From Octopus bimaculoides (Eukaryota): 41,556 nt of DNA. The notes beneath the pieces were generated by a model. The model was given only the letters and a program-made list of their open reading frames with translations, did no database searches and was not told the origin of the DNA. Below, one piece after another: positions 12,744-26,174 of the stretch. Within the stretch, counting starts at the first letter, position 1, and every line of letters begins with the position of its first letter. The DNA lies in NCBI RefSeq assembly GCF_001194135.2, contig NC_068981.1, forward strand, positions 89,156,155-89,197,710, in the 5' to 3' direction. Position numbers and translations under genes: made by a program.

Positions 12744-13501
12744 NNNNNNNNNNNNNNNNNNNNNNNNNNNNNNNNNNNNNNNNNNNNNNNNNNNNNNNNN
12801 NNNNNNNNNNNNNNNNNNNNNNNNNNNNNNNNNNNNNNNNNNNNNNNNNNNNNNNNNNNNNNNNNNNNNNNNNNNNNNNNNNNNNNNNNNNNNNNNNNNN
12901 NNNNNNNNNNNNNNNNNNNNNNNNNNNNNNNNNNNNNNNNNNNNNNNNNNNNNNNNNNNNNNNNNNNNNNNNNNNNNNNNNNNNNNNNNNNNNNNNNNNN
13001 NNNNNNNNNNNNNNNNNNNNNNNNNNNNNNNNNNNNNNNNNNNNNNNNNNNNNNNNNNNNNNNNNNNNNNNNNNNNNNNNNNNNNNNNNNNNNNNNNNNN
13101 NNNNNNNNNNNNNNNNNNNNNNNNNNNNNNNNNNNNNNNNNNNNNNNNNNNNNNNNNNNNNNNNNNNNNNNNNNNNNNNNNNNNNNNNNNNNNNNNNNNN
13201 NNNNNNNNNNNNNNNNNNNNNNNNNNNNNNNNNNNNNNNNNNNNNNNNNNNNNNNNNNNNNNNNNNNNNNNNNNNNNNNNNNNNNNNNNNNNNNNNNNNN
13301 NNNNNNNNNNNNNNNNNNNNNNNNNNNNNNNNNNNNNNNNNNNNNNNNNNNNNNNNNNNNNNNNNNNNNNNNNNNNNNNNNNNNNNNNNNNNNNNNNNNN
13401 NNNNNNNNNNNNNNNNNNNNNNNNNNNNNNNNNNNNNNNNNNNNNNNNNNNNNNNNNNNNNNNNNNNNNNNNNNNNNNNNNNNNNNNNNNNNNNNNNNNN
13501 N

Positions 13502-13570
<69 letters not shown>

Positions 13571-14680
13571 TTTGGATTTAGTTCATGGACCTCCAGTACT
13601 ATTCAACGTAAGGCGTGATTTGGACCAGCTCCTAGGCGCAAAATGCACTTAGGGATGATTTTCCCTGTGTACACAACGGGAACATCCTATTTGATACTTA
13701 CCAAACAGGTTTATCCAAAACTAACTGGTGTATATCTTTCACTAACTGGTGCATATATATTTATGCATATATACGTATATATACATATATATGTATATAT
13801 ACATATATATTTATATATATGTATACATACATATAATATTATATACATACATACACATGTGTACATACATACACACATACTTGCATACGCACAATAGATT
13901 GTTTTTATTAACTTGCCGTTAATCTCAATATTCCTATAAACACCCGTTGTTAATCTGTTACTTACTTTACGCCCATAGAGAACTGCCATGTAGTACAGTA
14001 ATTATTTTCATAATGCTGTAATATATATAAAGAAGAATAGTCCGATTATAAATAATATAAGTATCTACTTCACAAATGGGTTAACAAAAGTTATTTGAAG
14101 GTATTACATACATTCATTCTTTATTTGCAAAGTGATCAATTATTATTGTACAGGTATATTAAGAGATTTATTGATCTCCCCACATTGGCAAACGGTAAGA
14201 GAGTCTAAAGTAGGGGATAGAGTTTGAATGAAACATTTCGTTATTGTGAGTAAATGGACGAAGGGATATGCTTTGATAAGAACTGCCTCATAATTGAGGA
14301 ATGAGAAATAAAATCATAGATTGCACAGCTGAAGCGCGGTGATTTGAAACTATCCTGTTCGCCTAATTTTCAGTCATGCGTAATGCTTCTTTTAACTATA
14401 AATCCCATTCTCTCACAAATACTATTTCTCGGAACAGTGGACTCTCTTTTCTTTTCACAACAAGCCAACTATTTTAGTTTTGAACTCTTTGCACGCCAGT
14501 ACAAATTGTATCGTACCCTAAGGTCTCTAGTTTATATTTTACAGGTATCTCCCTTACACGACATTGATTCTCATTTCTATATCCTGTTTTGTACATCTCC
14601 GTTTAGCACACCGACAAAATTCATACGCGCATAATGCTCACATATATACACAATTCAGACATGCACGCGCAGGCAGACAC

Positions 14681-14715
<35 letters not shown>

Positions 14716-15805
14716 CACACACGCGCGCGAGCCATATAAACCTTTTCTGTCATTTCCGAAATCTTTCTCCAAAAAAACTTGAAAGCGTAGCCTATGTTGC
14801 GTCCGTATGAAAAAATAGTGGCTCATTTGTTGCTCATTGAAAAGTGAAAGAAATTGGAATACAAAGATTACTTAATGTACTTTATATATACACGTTATAT
14901 TCTTTATGCACAATTTCATAGACAGCACTCATAAAATGAAACTTCNNNNNNNNNNNNNNNNNNNNNNNNNNNNNNNNNNNNNNNNNNNNNNNNNNNNNNN
15001 NNNNNNNNNNNNNNNNNNNNNNNNNNNNNNNNNNNNNNNNNNNNNNNNNNNNNNNNNNNNNNNNNNNNNNNNNNNNNNNNNNNNNNNNNNNNNNNNNNNN
15101 NNNNNNNNNNNNNNNNNNNNNNNNNNNNNNNNNNNNNNNNNNNNNNNNNNNNNNNNNNNNNNNNNNNNNNNNNNNNNNNNNNNNNNNNNNNNNNNNNNNN
15201 NNNNNNNNNNNNNNNNNNNNNNNNNNNNNNNNNNNNNNNNNNNNNNNNNNNNNNNNNNNNNNNNNNNNNNNNNNNNNNNNNNNNNNNNNNNNNNNNNNNN
15301 NNNNNNNNNNNNNNNNNNNNNNNNNNNNNNNNNNNNNNNNNNNNNNNNNNNNNNNNNNNNNNNNNNNNNNNNNNNNNNNNNNNNNNNNNNNNNNNNNNNN
15401 NNNNNNNNNNNNNNNNNNNNNNNNNNNNNNNNNNNNNNNNNNNNNNNNNNNNNNNNNNNNNNNNNNNNNNNNNNNNNNNNNNNNNNNNNNNNNNNNNNNN
15501 NNNNNNNNNNNNNNNNNNNNNNNNNNNNNNNNNNNNNNNNNNNNNNNNNNNNNNNNNNNNNNNNNNNNNNNNNNNNNNNNNNNNNNNNNNNNNNNNNNNN
15601 NNNNNNNNNNNNNNNNNNNNNNNNNNNNNNNNNNNNNNNNNNNNNNNNNNNNNNNNNNNNNNNNNNNNNNNNNNNNNNNNNNNNNNNNNNNNNNNNNNNN
15701 NNNNNNNNNNNNNNNNNNNNNNNNNNNNNNNNNNNNNNNNNNNNNNNNNNNNNNNNNNNNNNNNNNNNNNNNNNNNNNNNNNNNNNNNNNNNNNNCTGTG
15801 TCTAA

Positions 15806-15864
<59 letters not shown>

Positions 15865-17124
15865 GTGTGTGTGTGTGTGTGTGCGCGCGTATGCATGCAT
15901 GCTTCGATGTATATATCTATTTAAGAAAAGACACACAATATATGTTATATGCTTTTACCTCAGTACATATACACATAGATGGTCGAACGATAGGGGAGGG
16001 GTCAACGTTGTCGCACACTCTAATAATTTGCAACCTAAAATCCCACAGTTCACATACTAGCATCTTTAACGACAGGGAAGGATGCATTAAACGAAGCAGC
16101 CATAGTTACGCATAGAACCCCGGGATGGTCACAGCTTGTTCGCTTTTCATGTTTGCTCTACTCAAATATTCTAGACTAGGGATTAGCAACAAGCACAACA
16201 AAAAAAGCAACGTGCTATCAGTTCCATATTTACACCTATAATCATAGTTTATTACCAGCAGAAGAAAATAAAGACGGCAATTAATATCAAGGGACACAAC
16301 TCTGTGACAAGATGAAAATAAAACAACAACGTGAAGCTGTTTTATGCTTGATGAAATAGTTACAAAATGTAAACGATTGATCCATGGCAATTATAAAATG
16401 CAGTGTTATTGTTTCATATGCCAGAAATGATGTTGTTGGCACTCCGTCGCTTACGAATTCGAGGGTTCCAGTTGATCCGATCAACGGAACAACCTGCTCG
16501 TGAAATTAACGTGCAACTGGCTGAGCACTCCACAGACACGTGTACCCTTAACGTAGTTCTCGGGGAGATTCAGCGTGACACAGTGTGACAAGGCTGACCC
16601 TTTGAATTACAGGCACAACAGAAACAAGAAGTAAGAGTGAGAGAAAGTTGTGGTGGAAGAGTACAGCAGGGTTCGCCACCATCCCCTGCCGGAGCCTCGT
16701 GGAGCTTTAGGTGTTTTCGCTCAATAAACACTTACAACGCCCGGTCTGGGAATCGAAACCGCGATCCTATGACCGCGAATCCGCTGCCCTAACCACTGGG
16801 CCATTGCACCTCCGCCAGAAGTGATAGAACGTTGGGAAAAATAATTGTGGTATTTCAGTAAGCTTATTTATTGCTACTGGTTGGTTTTCGATTCTCTCCC
16901 TGAGACTCTTTTTTTCTATCACTTGTTTCAGTCATTAGATTGCGGCCATGCTGGGGCACCGCCTAGGAGAATTTTTAGTCGAATGTATCGACCCCAGTAC
17001 TTCTTTCTTTCTTTCTTTTTGAAGCCTGGTATTATTCTATCGTTCTCTTTGCCAAACCGCTATGTTAAAGGGACGTAAACACACCAGCACAAGTTGTCAA
17101 GCGGTGTGGGGTACAAACACACAC

Positions 17125-17159
<35 letters not shown>

Positions 17160-18182
17160 ATGGTCTTCTTCCAGTTTCCGTCTACTAAATTCACTCGTAA
17201 ATTTTGCTCAGATCCAGGCTATAGTAAAAGACACTTGCCCAAGGTGCCAAAAGTGGGACTGAACCCCGAACCATGTGGTTGTTAAGCGAGCTTCTTACCA
17301 TACAGCCATGCCAGCAGTTGTGTAAAATGTACAATTGTATTCAGTTACAAACCCACTCAGTAAGATATATATGCATATCAGTATGAATGAAATATATTTG
17401 AAACTTCTTATCAAAATAAAAACGTTTTAGATAAATACCAGGATGAGGGCTAAAATTGCTTTCACAGCCAGAACATTGTTGTCAACAAAATCATTCTAAG
17501 CCGCCTCTATTAAAGCGTTGCCTGTTAGACTGGAATAAAGTCACTCGCAGACATCCCTTTCTCCTCTGTCTCCCTTTTCTACCGATAATTTAATGGTCTC
17601 TACTCCTTGGATTTGGCTGTGCCCATTTCACCTCCATTTCTGATCCATTCGTCTCTCGTTCTCTCATCTCTCATCACAATCACAAAGTATAATTCTTCCT
17701 GTCCAGATTATCGGCCCTCTAGATTTCACATCCTACTCATATGCCTACTCATATAGGCACAGGAGTGGCTGTGTGATAAGTAGCTTGCTTACCAACCACA
17801 TGTGGTTCCGGGTTCAGTCCCACTGCGTGGCACCTTGGGCAAGTGTCTTCTACTATAGCCTCGGGAAAACCAAAGCCTTGTGAGTGGAATTGGTAGACGG
17901 AAACTGAAAGAATCCTGTCGTATATATGTATATATATAGATATATGTTTGTATGTGCATATGTTTGTATGTCTGTGTTTGTCCCCCCAACATCGCTTGAC
18001 AACAAATGCTGGTGTGTCTATGTCCCCGTAACTTAGCGGTTCGGCAACAGAGACTGATAGTATAAGTACTAGGCATCCAAAGGATAAGTCCTGGGGTCGA
18101 TTTGCTCGACTAAAGGCGGTGCTCCAGCATGGCCGCAGTCAAATGACTGAAACAAGTAAAAGAGTAAAAGGGTAAAGAGTAT

Positions 18183-18235
<53 letters not shown>

Positions 18236-20955
18236 NNNNNNNNNNNNNNNNNNNNNNNNNNNNNNNNNNNNNNNNNNNNNNNNNNNNNNNNNNNNNNNNN
18301 NNNNNNNNNNNNNNNNNNNNNNNNNNNNNNNNNNNNNNNNNNNNNNNNNNNNNNNNNNNNNNNNNNNNNNNNNNNNNNNNNNNNNNNNNNNNNNNNNNNN
18401 NNNNNNNNNNNNNNNNNNNNNNNNNNNNNNNNNNNNNNNNNNNNNNNNNNNNNNNNNNNNNNNNNNNNNNNNNNNNNNNNNNNNNNNNNNNNNNNNNNNN
18501 NNNNNNNNNNNNNNNNNNNNNNNNNNNNNNNNNNNNNNNNNNNNNNNNNNNNNNNNNNNNNNNNNNNNNNNNNNNNNNNNNNNNNNNNNNNNNNNNNNNN
18601 NNNNNNNNNNNNNNNNNNNNNNNNNNNNNNNNNNNNNNNNNNNNNNNNNNNNNNNNNNNNNNNNATATATATATATATATATATATACATATATACGACA
18701 GGCTTCTTTCAGTTTCCATTTACCAAATACACTCACAAGGCTTTAGTCGGCCCGAGGCTATAATAGAAGACACTTGCCCAAGGTGCCACGCAGTGGGAAT
18801 GAACCCGGAACCATGTGGTTAGTAAGCAAGCTACTTACCACACAGCCACTCCTGCGCCTATGTATATATAAGTATATCAGTGTGTGTCTTAGTGTTACGC
18901 CCCATCGCTTGACAAACGGAGTTTCTTTTTTTTTTTTTTTTTTTTTTTTTTNNNNNNNNNNCGACTACAGAAACCAATAAAATTAGTATCGGATTAAAAA
19001 AAAAAAAAAGCATATGTACTGGCATCGATTTGTTCGACTAAAACTTTTCAAGGTGATACTTCAGCATGGCAGCAGTCCGATAACGGAAACAAACAGAATC
19101 TAAAAGATATTTATTTATACCAGCAATTTTCAATTTGTGTCACAGAATGTTGACGTAACTTCCAGTGTAATGAAACCCTGATTGCGCCACGCCGGCAATC
19201 GTACTCTTTCTTGGCTGGCTTATCCTGAACAAACAGAGACGATATGGTTTTTCTTCATATATTCCACATACTCTGAAGTTAATGTATTTCGCTTCATTAA
19301 ATGCTTTACATGGTTTCCTGTAGGAAGGCTCCTATTCAGTGTCGCAGTCAAAAATCCTTCAGTCTCAGCTTTGAGTTCTACATTTCTCATTCAGTGTTGC
19401 AATTATGATTTGTCAATTTTCACCCTGTTCAGTTATTTGTAGGTGATGGTCTTTAAGTTTTTTTTCTCCATCTCTTCGGTGTATTATTCTTTAGCACCAA
19501 CTTTTATTTAGATATAACTTTTCACAAATATCTTTTATAGTTTCTCCATTCTCTTCACAAAAATCTGTTACTTCAGCTTTTGTTTTCCATTTGTAGGCTT
19601 CATTGAAGAGAGGAAACAATTCGGTTTGTTAAAATTTTATTGTAAATATTTGTATTAGGTTTCTGTATTCTTACGATTATCGTTTACCATCAAGTTTTAC
19701 GATTATCAATTATTATTAGTTTTATGCGTATTTTTACGGTTTCATCATGTACGACTTCATATAAGGGAAGTGTTTACAAACGTTTGTGGTATGTGGAATT
19801 TCTTTTTGTGGTATCTTGTTTCTACTGGTATTTTAACATCTGCTGAGAATGTGCAATGTGAGTTGCGATACGTTGCTAGATGATGTGTTCTGTTTGTGCT
19901 GTGTAATTGCTGGTATGTGGTTTTAGGGTTGAGCTGTGGACTGTGTAGTGTGTTGCAACTGTGTAGAATATGATTTGAGGGTGTTATTCCTTTTATAGTC
20001 TCGGATGTCAATTATGTAAGAATGTAGGCTATGTTATTTCAAAGGTTATTGAATGGGTAGTGTATGCATTGTAGGTTATGTGTTGTCTGTAGAGCACATG
20101 TTACCTGAGTTGTGTTTTATTTTATTCAGTGATTATAATTTTGTTGTTGTTGGCACTCCGTCGCATACGACGTCGAGGGTTCCAGTTGATCCGATCAACG
20201 GAACAGCCTGCTTGTGAAATTAACGGGCAAGTGGCTGAGCACTCCACAGACACGTGTACCCTTAACGTAGTTCTCGGGGATATTCAGCGTGACACAGTGT
20301 GACAAGGCTGACCCTTTGAATTACAGGCACAACAGAAACAGGAAGTAAGAGTGAGAGAAAGTTGTGGTGAAAGAGTACAGCAGGGTTCGCCACCATCCCC
20401 TGCCGCAGCCTTGTGGAGCGTTAGGTGTTTTCGCTCAATAAACACTCTCAACGCCCGGTCTGGGAATCGAAACCGCGATCCTATGACCGCGAGTCCGATG
20501 CCCTAACCGCTGGGTCATTGCGCCTCCACTAGTGATTATAATATACTATTTATAAATGGACTCGTATTGTGCGCAAAGAATGTAATGTTTGAGCTGTCCA
20601 ATTGGACGAAAACTATACCGTGCAGGACGTGGGTTACCTTTTCGGCTGTAACATTCTTTGGCCAGGTGGATTTTTGCAGCCCGCGGGACTCGGTGCTCTA
20701 ATTATTACTACTGCTGCTTGTACTTTCAAGCTCCCTACATTATTTTCATGATACTTTGAGATTTTACCCAACCAGTTTTCTTGGTTCGAAGGGCTCGAAA
20801 CGTCTATCACAGTACAGACGGTTTTGTTTCCACTTGAATTTTTTGTCAATCTTGACAGAACATGCCCCATGTTGCTGCTGCTGCTGCTACTACTACTACT
20901 ACTACTATAACTACAACAACAAAAACAACAACAACAACTACTACTACTACTACTG

Positions 20956-21034
<79 letters not shown>

Positions 21035-21040
21035 AACAAT

Positions 21041-21073
<33 letters not shown>

Positions 21074-21719
21074 AGCATCACGTTAGCAGAATCACTAGTG
21101 TATCGGAAAATGCTTTGCGATGTTTCTTCTCTATTCGATAGGACGCCTGGCAAAATGCTTATTGTTTTTCCGGGGTGCGATATCATCGATTCACCCTGTC
21201 CCCAAAATATAAGGTCTTGAAACTACGTTACAATTATTATTAGAAGTTTGATAATGGAATTAGCAGACAGAATCGACTGGACTTCGGGCAAAATGCTCCG
21301 TGGCATTTCGTCCGCCGCGTTCGATTTTGCCTTTTCCATCTACCGAATTCACTTTACAGTGTCTGTAAGAGAAAACACTTGCAAAATATGCCGCACAGTG
21401 GGAGGGAAACCTGAAAACAAGTGGCTGCAAAGCAAACATTTTAAGAACAACTATCTTGTGTTTATGTGTCTGTACTTTAAATAATTACCAATAGATTTTT
21501 CTGCTGCAGTTTCAGATCCAAAATACTATCTCAGATCAAGTAATCAAAGAAGAACAACTACGAAACACATTAGAAAAATAGAAGACATAGAAGTGAATAA
21601 ATTTCGCTTGCATCCTTCTAACTTGTAGCTGTCGGCTTAAATAAGAAATCAATATTGTTTTACTTATGTGAAGAACGTTCAGTGCACGTAAATAANNNNN
21701 NNNNNTGCACGTAAATAAG

Positions 21720-21760
<41 letters not shown>

Positions 21761-22257
21761 AAAGTATAACATATTGAGTTTGAACGAAAACAGATATAAA
21801 TTTAGTCATAAGGGAGACAACTGCAACACCCTTTAATAAATATCAGTGTTTCATCTACATATAAAGTGTATACCTAAACCAATATCTCCTCCTCCTCCTC
21901 CTCCTCCTCGTCCTTCTTCTTCTTCTTCTTCTTCTTCTTCTTCTTCTTCTTCTTCTTCTTCTTCTTCTTCTTCTTCTTCTTCTTCTTCTTCTCACGATCG
22001 CGAGAATGTGGTTTCAATTCCCGGACCAGGTAATGCTTTGTGTTCTTAAGCGAAACACTTCATCTCACGTTGCTCTGCCATCACTCCGACACCTGATGTG
22101 CAGTACACCGTGTACCTGTTTGAGGCAACGTTGACTCGATGGAGGGAGTGTGATAATGTACAGCACATACATTAGATCACTACAAATCAATCATTTGTGC
22201 AGGTCGGTCGGCAAAAGCAGAACACTCATACGTCGTCTTCGACCGCAGAGTTCGTCA

Positions 22258-22306
<49 letters not shown>

Positions 22307-23660
22307 TTTATTTTTTTATTTTTTTAACTTAGCTCTTGTCGGAACTGTCTTGCATAAGTAGCGGGCTTCCTACCTTCGGTACCATGGTATTTGTTCTCTT
22401 CAACTATTAATACTTTCCTTATGATATCGTTATCGTCCATGCCAAGGAGGTAAATCTTTTGTAGCTCTACGGAGCATTCTAGCCCTATTTCCGTTATATT
22501 CCTTTTGATGCCTTCTGATACTGTCACCAAGGAACCAACAACAAATGACACTATCTTCACTTTCTTCATTTTCTTCATTTCAGTCAAACAATCTCTTATA
22601 TAAGAAGATTGTATATTTTTCGCCTTCTTTCTTGACTATTCATGGATCAAAATGTCACGCAACATCAACTATACAGAGCCTTGTCTACTACCACTAGGCC
22701 CGGTTTGTTGTGCTCAAGCACCGGGTCTGTTTGTATTGGGAAATTCCACAGGATTTTGCTGGTCTCCGACTGTGCCATATTCTGTGGCTTGTCTTCATAC
22801 CACATTTGCCTCTATCTAGCCCCCACTTTTACATACAATTTCCAATATAGCACTTTCGTTACCTCATCTTGTCTCCACAACTTATATTGGTTTTGAGGAA
22901 GTCGACGTTCATACTCGACATGGGCAATTGTTTCGTCAAATCTGTTGCGGATTCGGTACAATGGAGACACTTGCTCATTCCTAAGGTCAACCCTCTAATT
23001 TATGGCCAAAGCTTGGTCTTACGCTACCAGTCTCTTTTTTCAATGTTCCCTTTTTCAACCAGTCTCACCTAAGTTCTCCAGCAATATCAGTTGTGGTTAC
23101 ATGAAATTTATTGTTTAATCCCTTCTTGCGTAGTGCTTCTCCGTGTACTTCTTGCATTTCTTGATTTTCTCTTTTCTTTTTCCTGCTTTCAATAGCAAAA
23201 TTTCTTCACGTTCGTATAGATATTTCAGTAAATTCCTAAGTTCGATATGCACGCAGTCTTCCACACTTATCAGCCCCCACACCCCTGCATTTGTTCTCTT
23301 CATGTGTAGGCGATCAGTGTCCCCACGTGGATAATGGATTTTTTTGTTTGTTTTATTTTGTCCAGCTCTTTTTGCTCATCATCTGTCCACTTCGGAATTC
23401 CAGCGTCACACCGAACTACTGCGACTGCATGCGAGTTTATTGCCAGAAATTATGTTTCTGGCGTCCAATTTTGGATTCAATATGTTTTCTTAATAGCCGT
23501 CGACATTATTCCTTTGTCCTTTTCTTTCATGTCATAATGCTTGACTTTATCTGTCTTAAGTATTCCCAGGTATTTATATCCGAATTCAGGTTCAATTCCT
23601 TTCATCATTTCACCTCTGTTCTGACAAACTTTCCTCGTTTCATCATCATCATCATCATCG

Positions 23661-23692
<32 letters not shown>

Positions 23693-26122
23693 GTTATTAA
23701 ATCGGTGAGCTGGCGGATTCGTTAGCACGCCGGGCGAAATGCTTAGCGGTACTTCGTCTACTGCTACGTTCTGAGTTCAAATTCCGCCGAGGTCCACTTT
23801 GCCTTTCATCCTTTCGGGGTTGATAAATTAAGTACCAGTTTCATACTGGGTCGATCTAATCGACTTAATCCCTTCCCCCAAATTTGAAGCCATACGCTTC
23901 CACTAGAAAAGGTTATTGTTATAATAATAATAATAATAATAATTATTATTATTATTATTATTATTAGTAGTAGTAGTAGTAGTAGTTGTTGTTTTAGTAG
24001 TAGTACGAGTAGTAGGACGGTGAGCTGGGAAGATCATTAGCACGCCGGGCAAAATGATTACCGGTAAATAGTTGAGTTTAGGAAATCGATTTTATCTATT
24101 TTTAGATATCGTTTTCAAATTTTGTCGCAATGCCAGAAAGTTCGGAGAGTGAATGAATCGATTACATCGATTCCAGTGTTCAACTGGTACTTATTTTATC
24201 GACCCTTAAAAGAGGAAAGACAAAGTCGACCACAGCGGTATTTGAACTCAAAACGTAAAGATAGACGAAATACCGCTTCACCCGGGGTGCTAGCGATTCT
24301 GCCGGAACGCTTCCTTAGCTGTCGGAGTAACAATCATATCTACCCTGTAATATTATTGCTGCCAGAATCGGTAGCACACCGGGCAAAATATTTTGCGGCA
24401 TTTTGTCCGTCTTCACGTTCCGAGTTCAAATTCCGCTGTGGCCGACTTTGCCTTTCAACCTTTCGTGGGTCTGTGAAATAAGTATCAGTTGAACACTAGG
24501 ATCGATGTAATCGACTTTCCCCTCCCCCAAAATTGCTGGCCGTCTGCCAAAATTTGAAATCAATATTATTATTACACCAAAGGCGGCGAGCTGGCAGAAT
24601 CGTTAGCATGCCGCAACAAAATGCTTAGCGACATTTATTCCGTCTCTACATCTGAGTTCAAATTCCGTCGAGGTTGACTTTGCTTTTCATCCCTTTCGAA
24701 GACAATAAAATAAGTGTCGACTTGGCCTCTCCCTCAAAAGGGTTGGCTTTTTGTCAAAATTTGAAACCAGTATTATTGTTACTCATATAGCTAAGATGGT
24801 GAGCTGGCAGACTCATTAGCACGCTGGACTAAATGCTTGGCGGTATTTTATATGTCTTCACGTTCTGCGTTCAAATTCCGCCGAAGTCGACTTGCATTTC
24901 ATTCTTTCGGGTTCGATAAATAAGTACCAGTTGAATACCGGAGTCGATGTAATCGTTTACACCACCTCCCACAAATTTCAGGACTTGTGCTTTTGTAGAA
25001 AGGATTATTACCTTATGCGGCAAGTTGACAGAATCGTTAGCATGCTCGGCAAATGAGTTCAAATTCCAGCGAGGTCTACTTTGACATTCATCTTTTCGTG
25101 TTCGATTATTAAGTACCAGTCAAGTACTTACTACCATCAAAAACTACTGGCCCGGTACCAAAATTTGAAACCATTATCATTATTGTTGTTGTTACTGTTC
25201 TTTGTTCTTGCTGTCGTTAGCGTTGTTAATTGTTCTTAATTTAGTTGCTAATTCATTAATTATTATAAGCAGTTTTATGAAATTGTGATAGTGAAATATG
25301 TAGGTGTTTTGATTCTTTGACATGTTCCGTGTTTTATAGAAATGCAATGTACATAGATGAGTATACAATATGATAATACTATGTGTAGTAATATTATTAT
25401 ACACATATAGAGTAGCGCACGGCTCACAAAAGTTAACAATACTTATATGATTCTGGGGAATATTAGTATATTTTCCAAGATGGCAACTTTCCAATATTTG
25501 CTCTAACTGTTCACGATTTCGTAGGAATTAATTTTGTCCTTGTTTACTGGTGCCAAGTAGCAGAATACGAACTAAGAAAATCTATTGATTTTTTTCCAAA
25601 TTGACACGCGGCCTAATATTCATATGAGGAAAAATAGGTGTGTTAAATGAAAATGTATCATTCTCTCTTTCTCTATCTAAATCAGCAGCAGTATCGTTGG
25701 TAAGGTGAAATACTAATAAAATAAAAATAATAAAATAAAATAAAAGCATAAACGATGTACCGCTTCAGTATAGCAAGATATATAAAAGCTACGTAGAAAA
25801 TATATCTAGCCTATGCGAAATTTAGTAAGATGCTATTATATTTGCAAAGAGTGTTAGTAAAAACGATAGTGGAAAATACCTGATACACTCTTCCATTAAC
25901 TACTTTAAGTGATTCAGTTATAAGAATGTTTGACAATTTCAAGGAAATTACTCAGAAATAGTTACTATCAAATCATATTCCTTACACACACACACACACA
26001 CACGCACACACACACACACGCACGAGTACGCGTATATGTTTATTTCTATCTGAGAATTTCTATGAATTGTCGAAAAGGAAAATCAATACAAAATATTAAA
26101 ATATAACAAAAAAAAAAAAAGG

Positions 26123-26174
<52 letters not shown>

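Noticed and set aside
12554-13652. Long ORFs of 180-370 aa here and at 14882, 18069, 26442, 30551, 32861 and 39802
   Set aside because: Artefacts of translating through N gaps.
19620-20130. Possible Penelope/GIY-YIG remnant (ORF 19757..20011)
   Set aside because: No convincing GIY...YIG motif in any frame; too decayed to call.
20756-21220. 154-aa poly-Tyr and 74-aa poly-Thr ORFs
   Set aside because: Readouts of a (CTA)n array; no splice or domain support.
21683-21718. Direct repeat TGCACGTAAATAA on both sides of a 10-N gap
   Set aside because: Most likely unmerged overlapping contig ends, not a biological duplication.
23699-25185. CRISPR-like or satellite interpretation of the regularly spaced repeats
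   Set aside because: Units are about 200-bp diverged SINE copies also dispersed elsewhere in the window; no constant short repeat with unique spacers, no cas genes, eukaryotic context.
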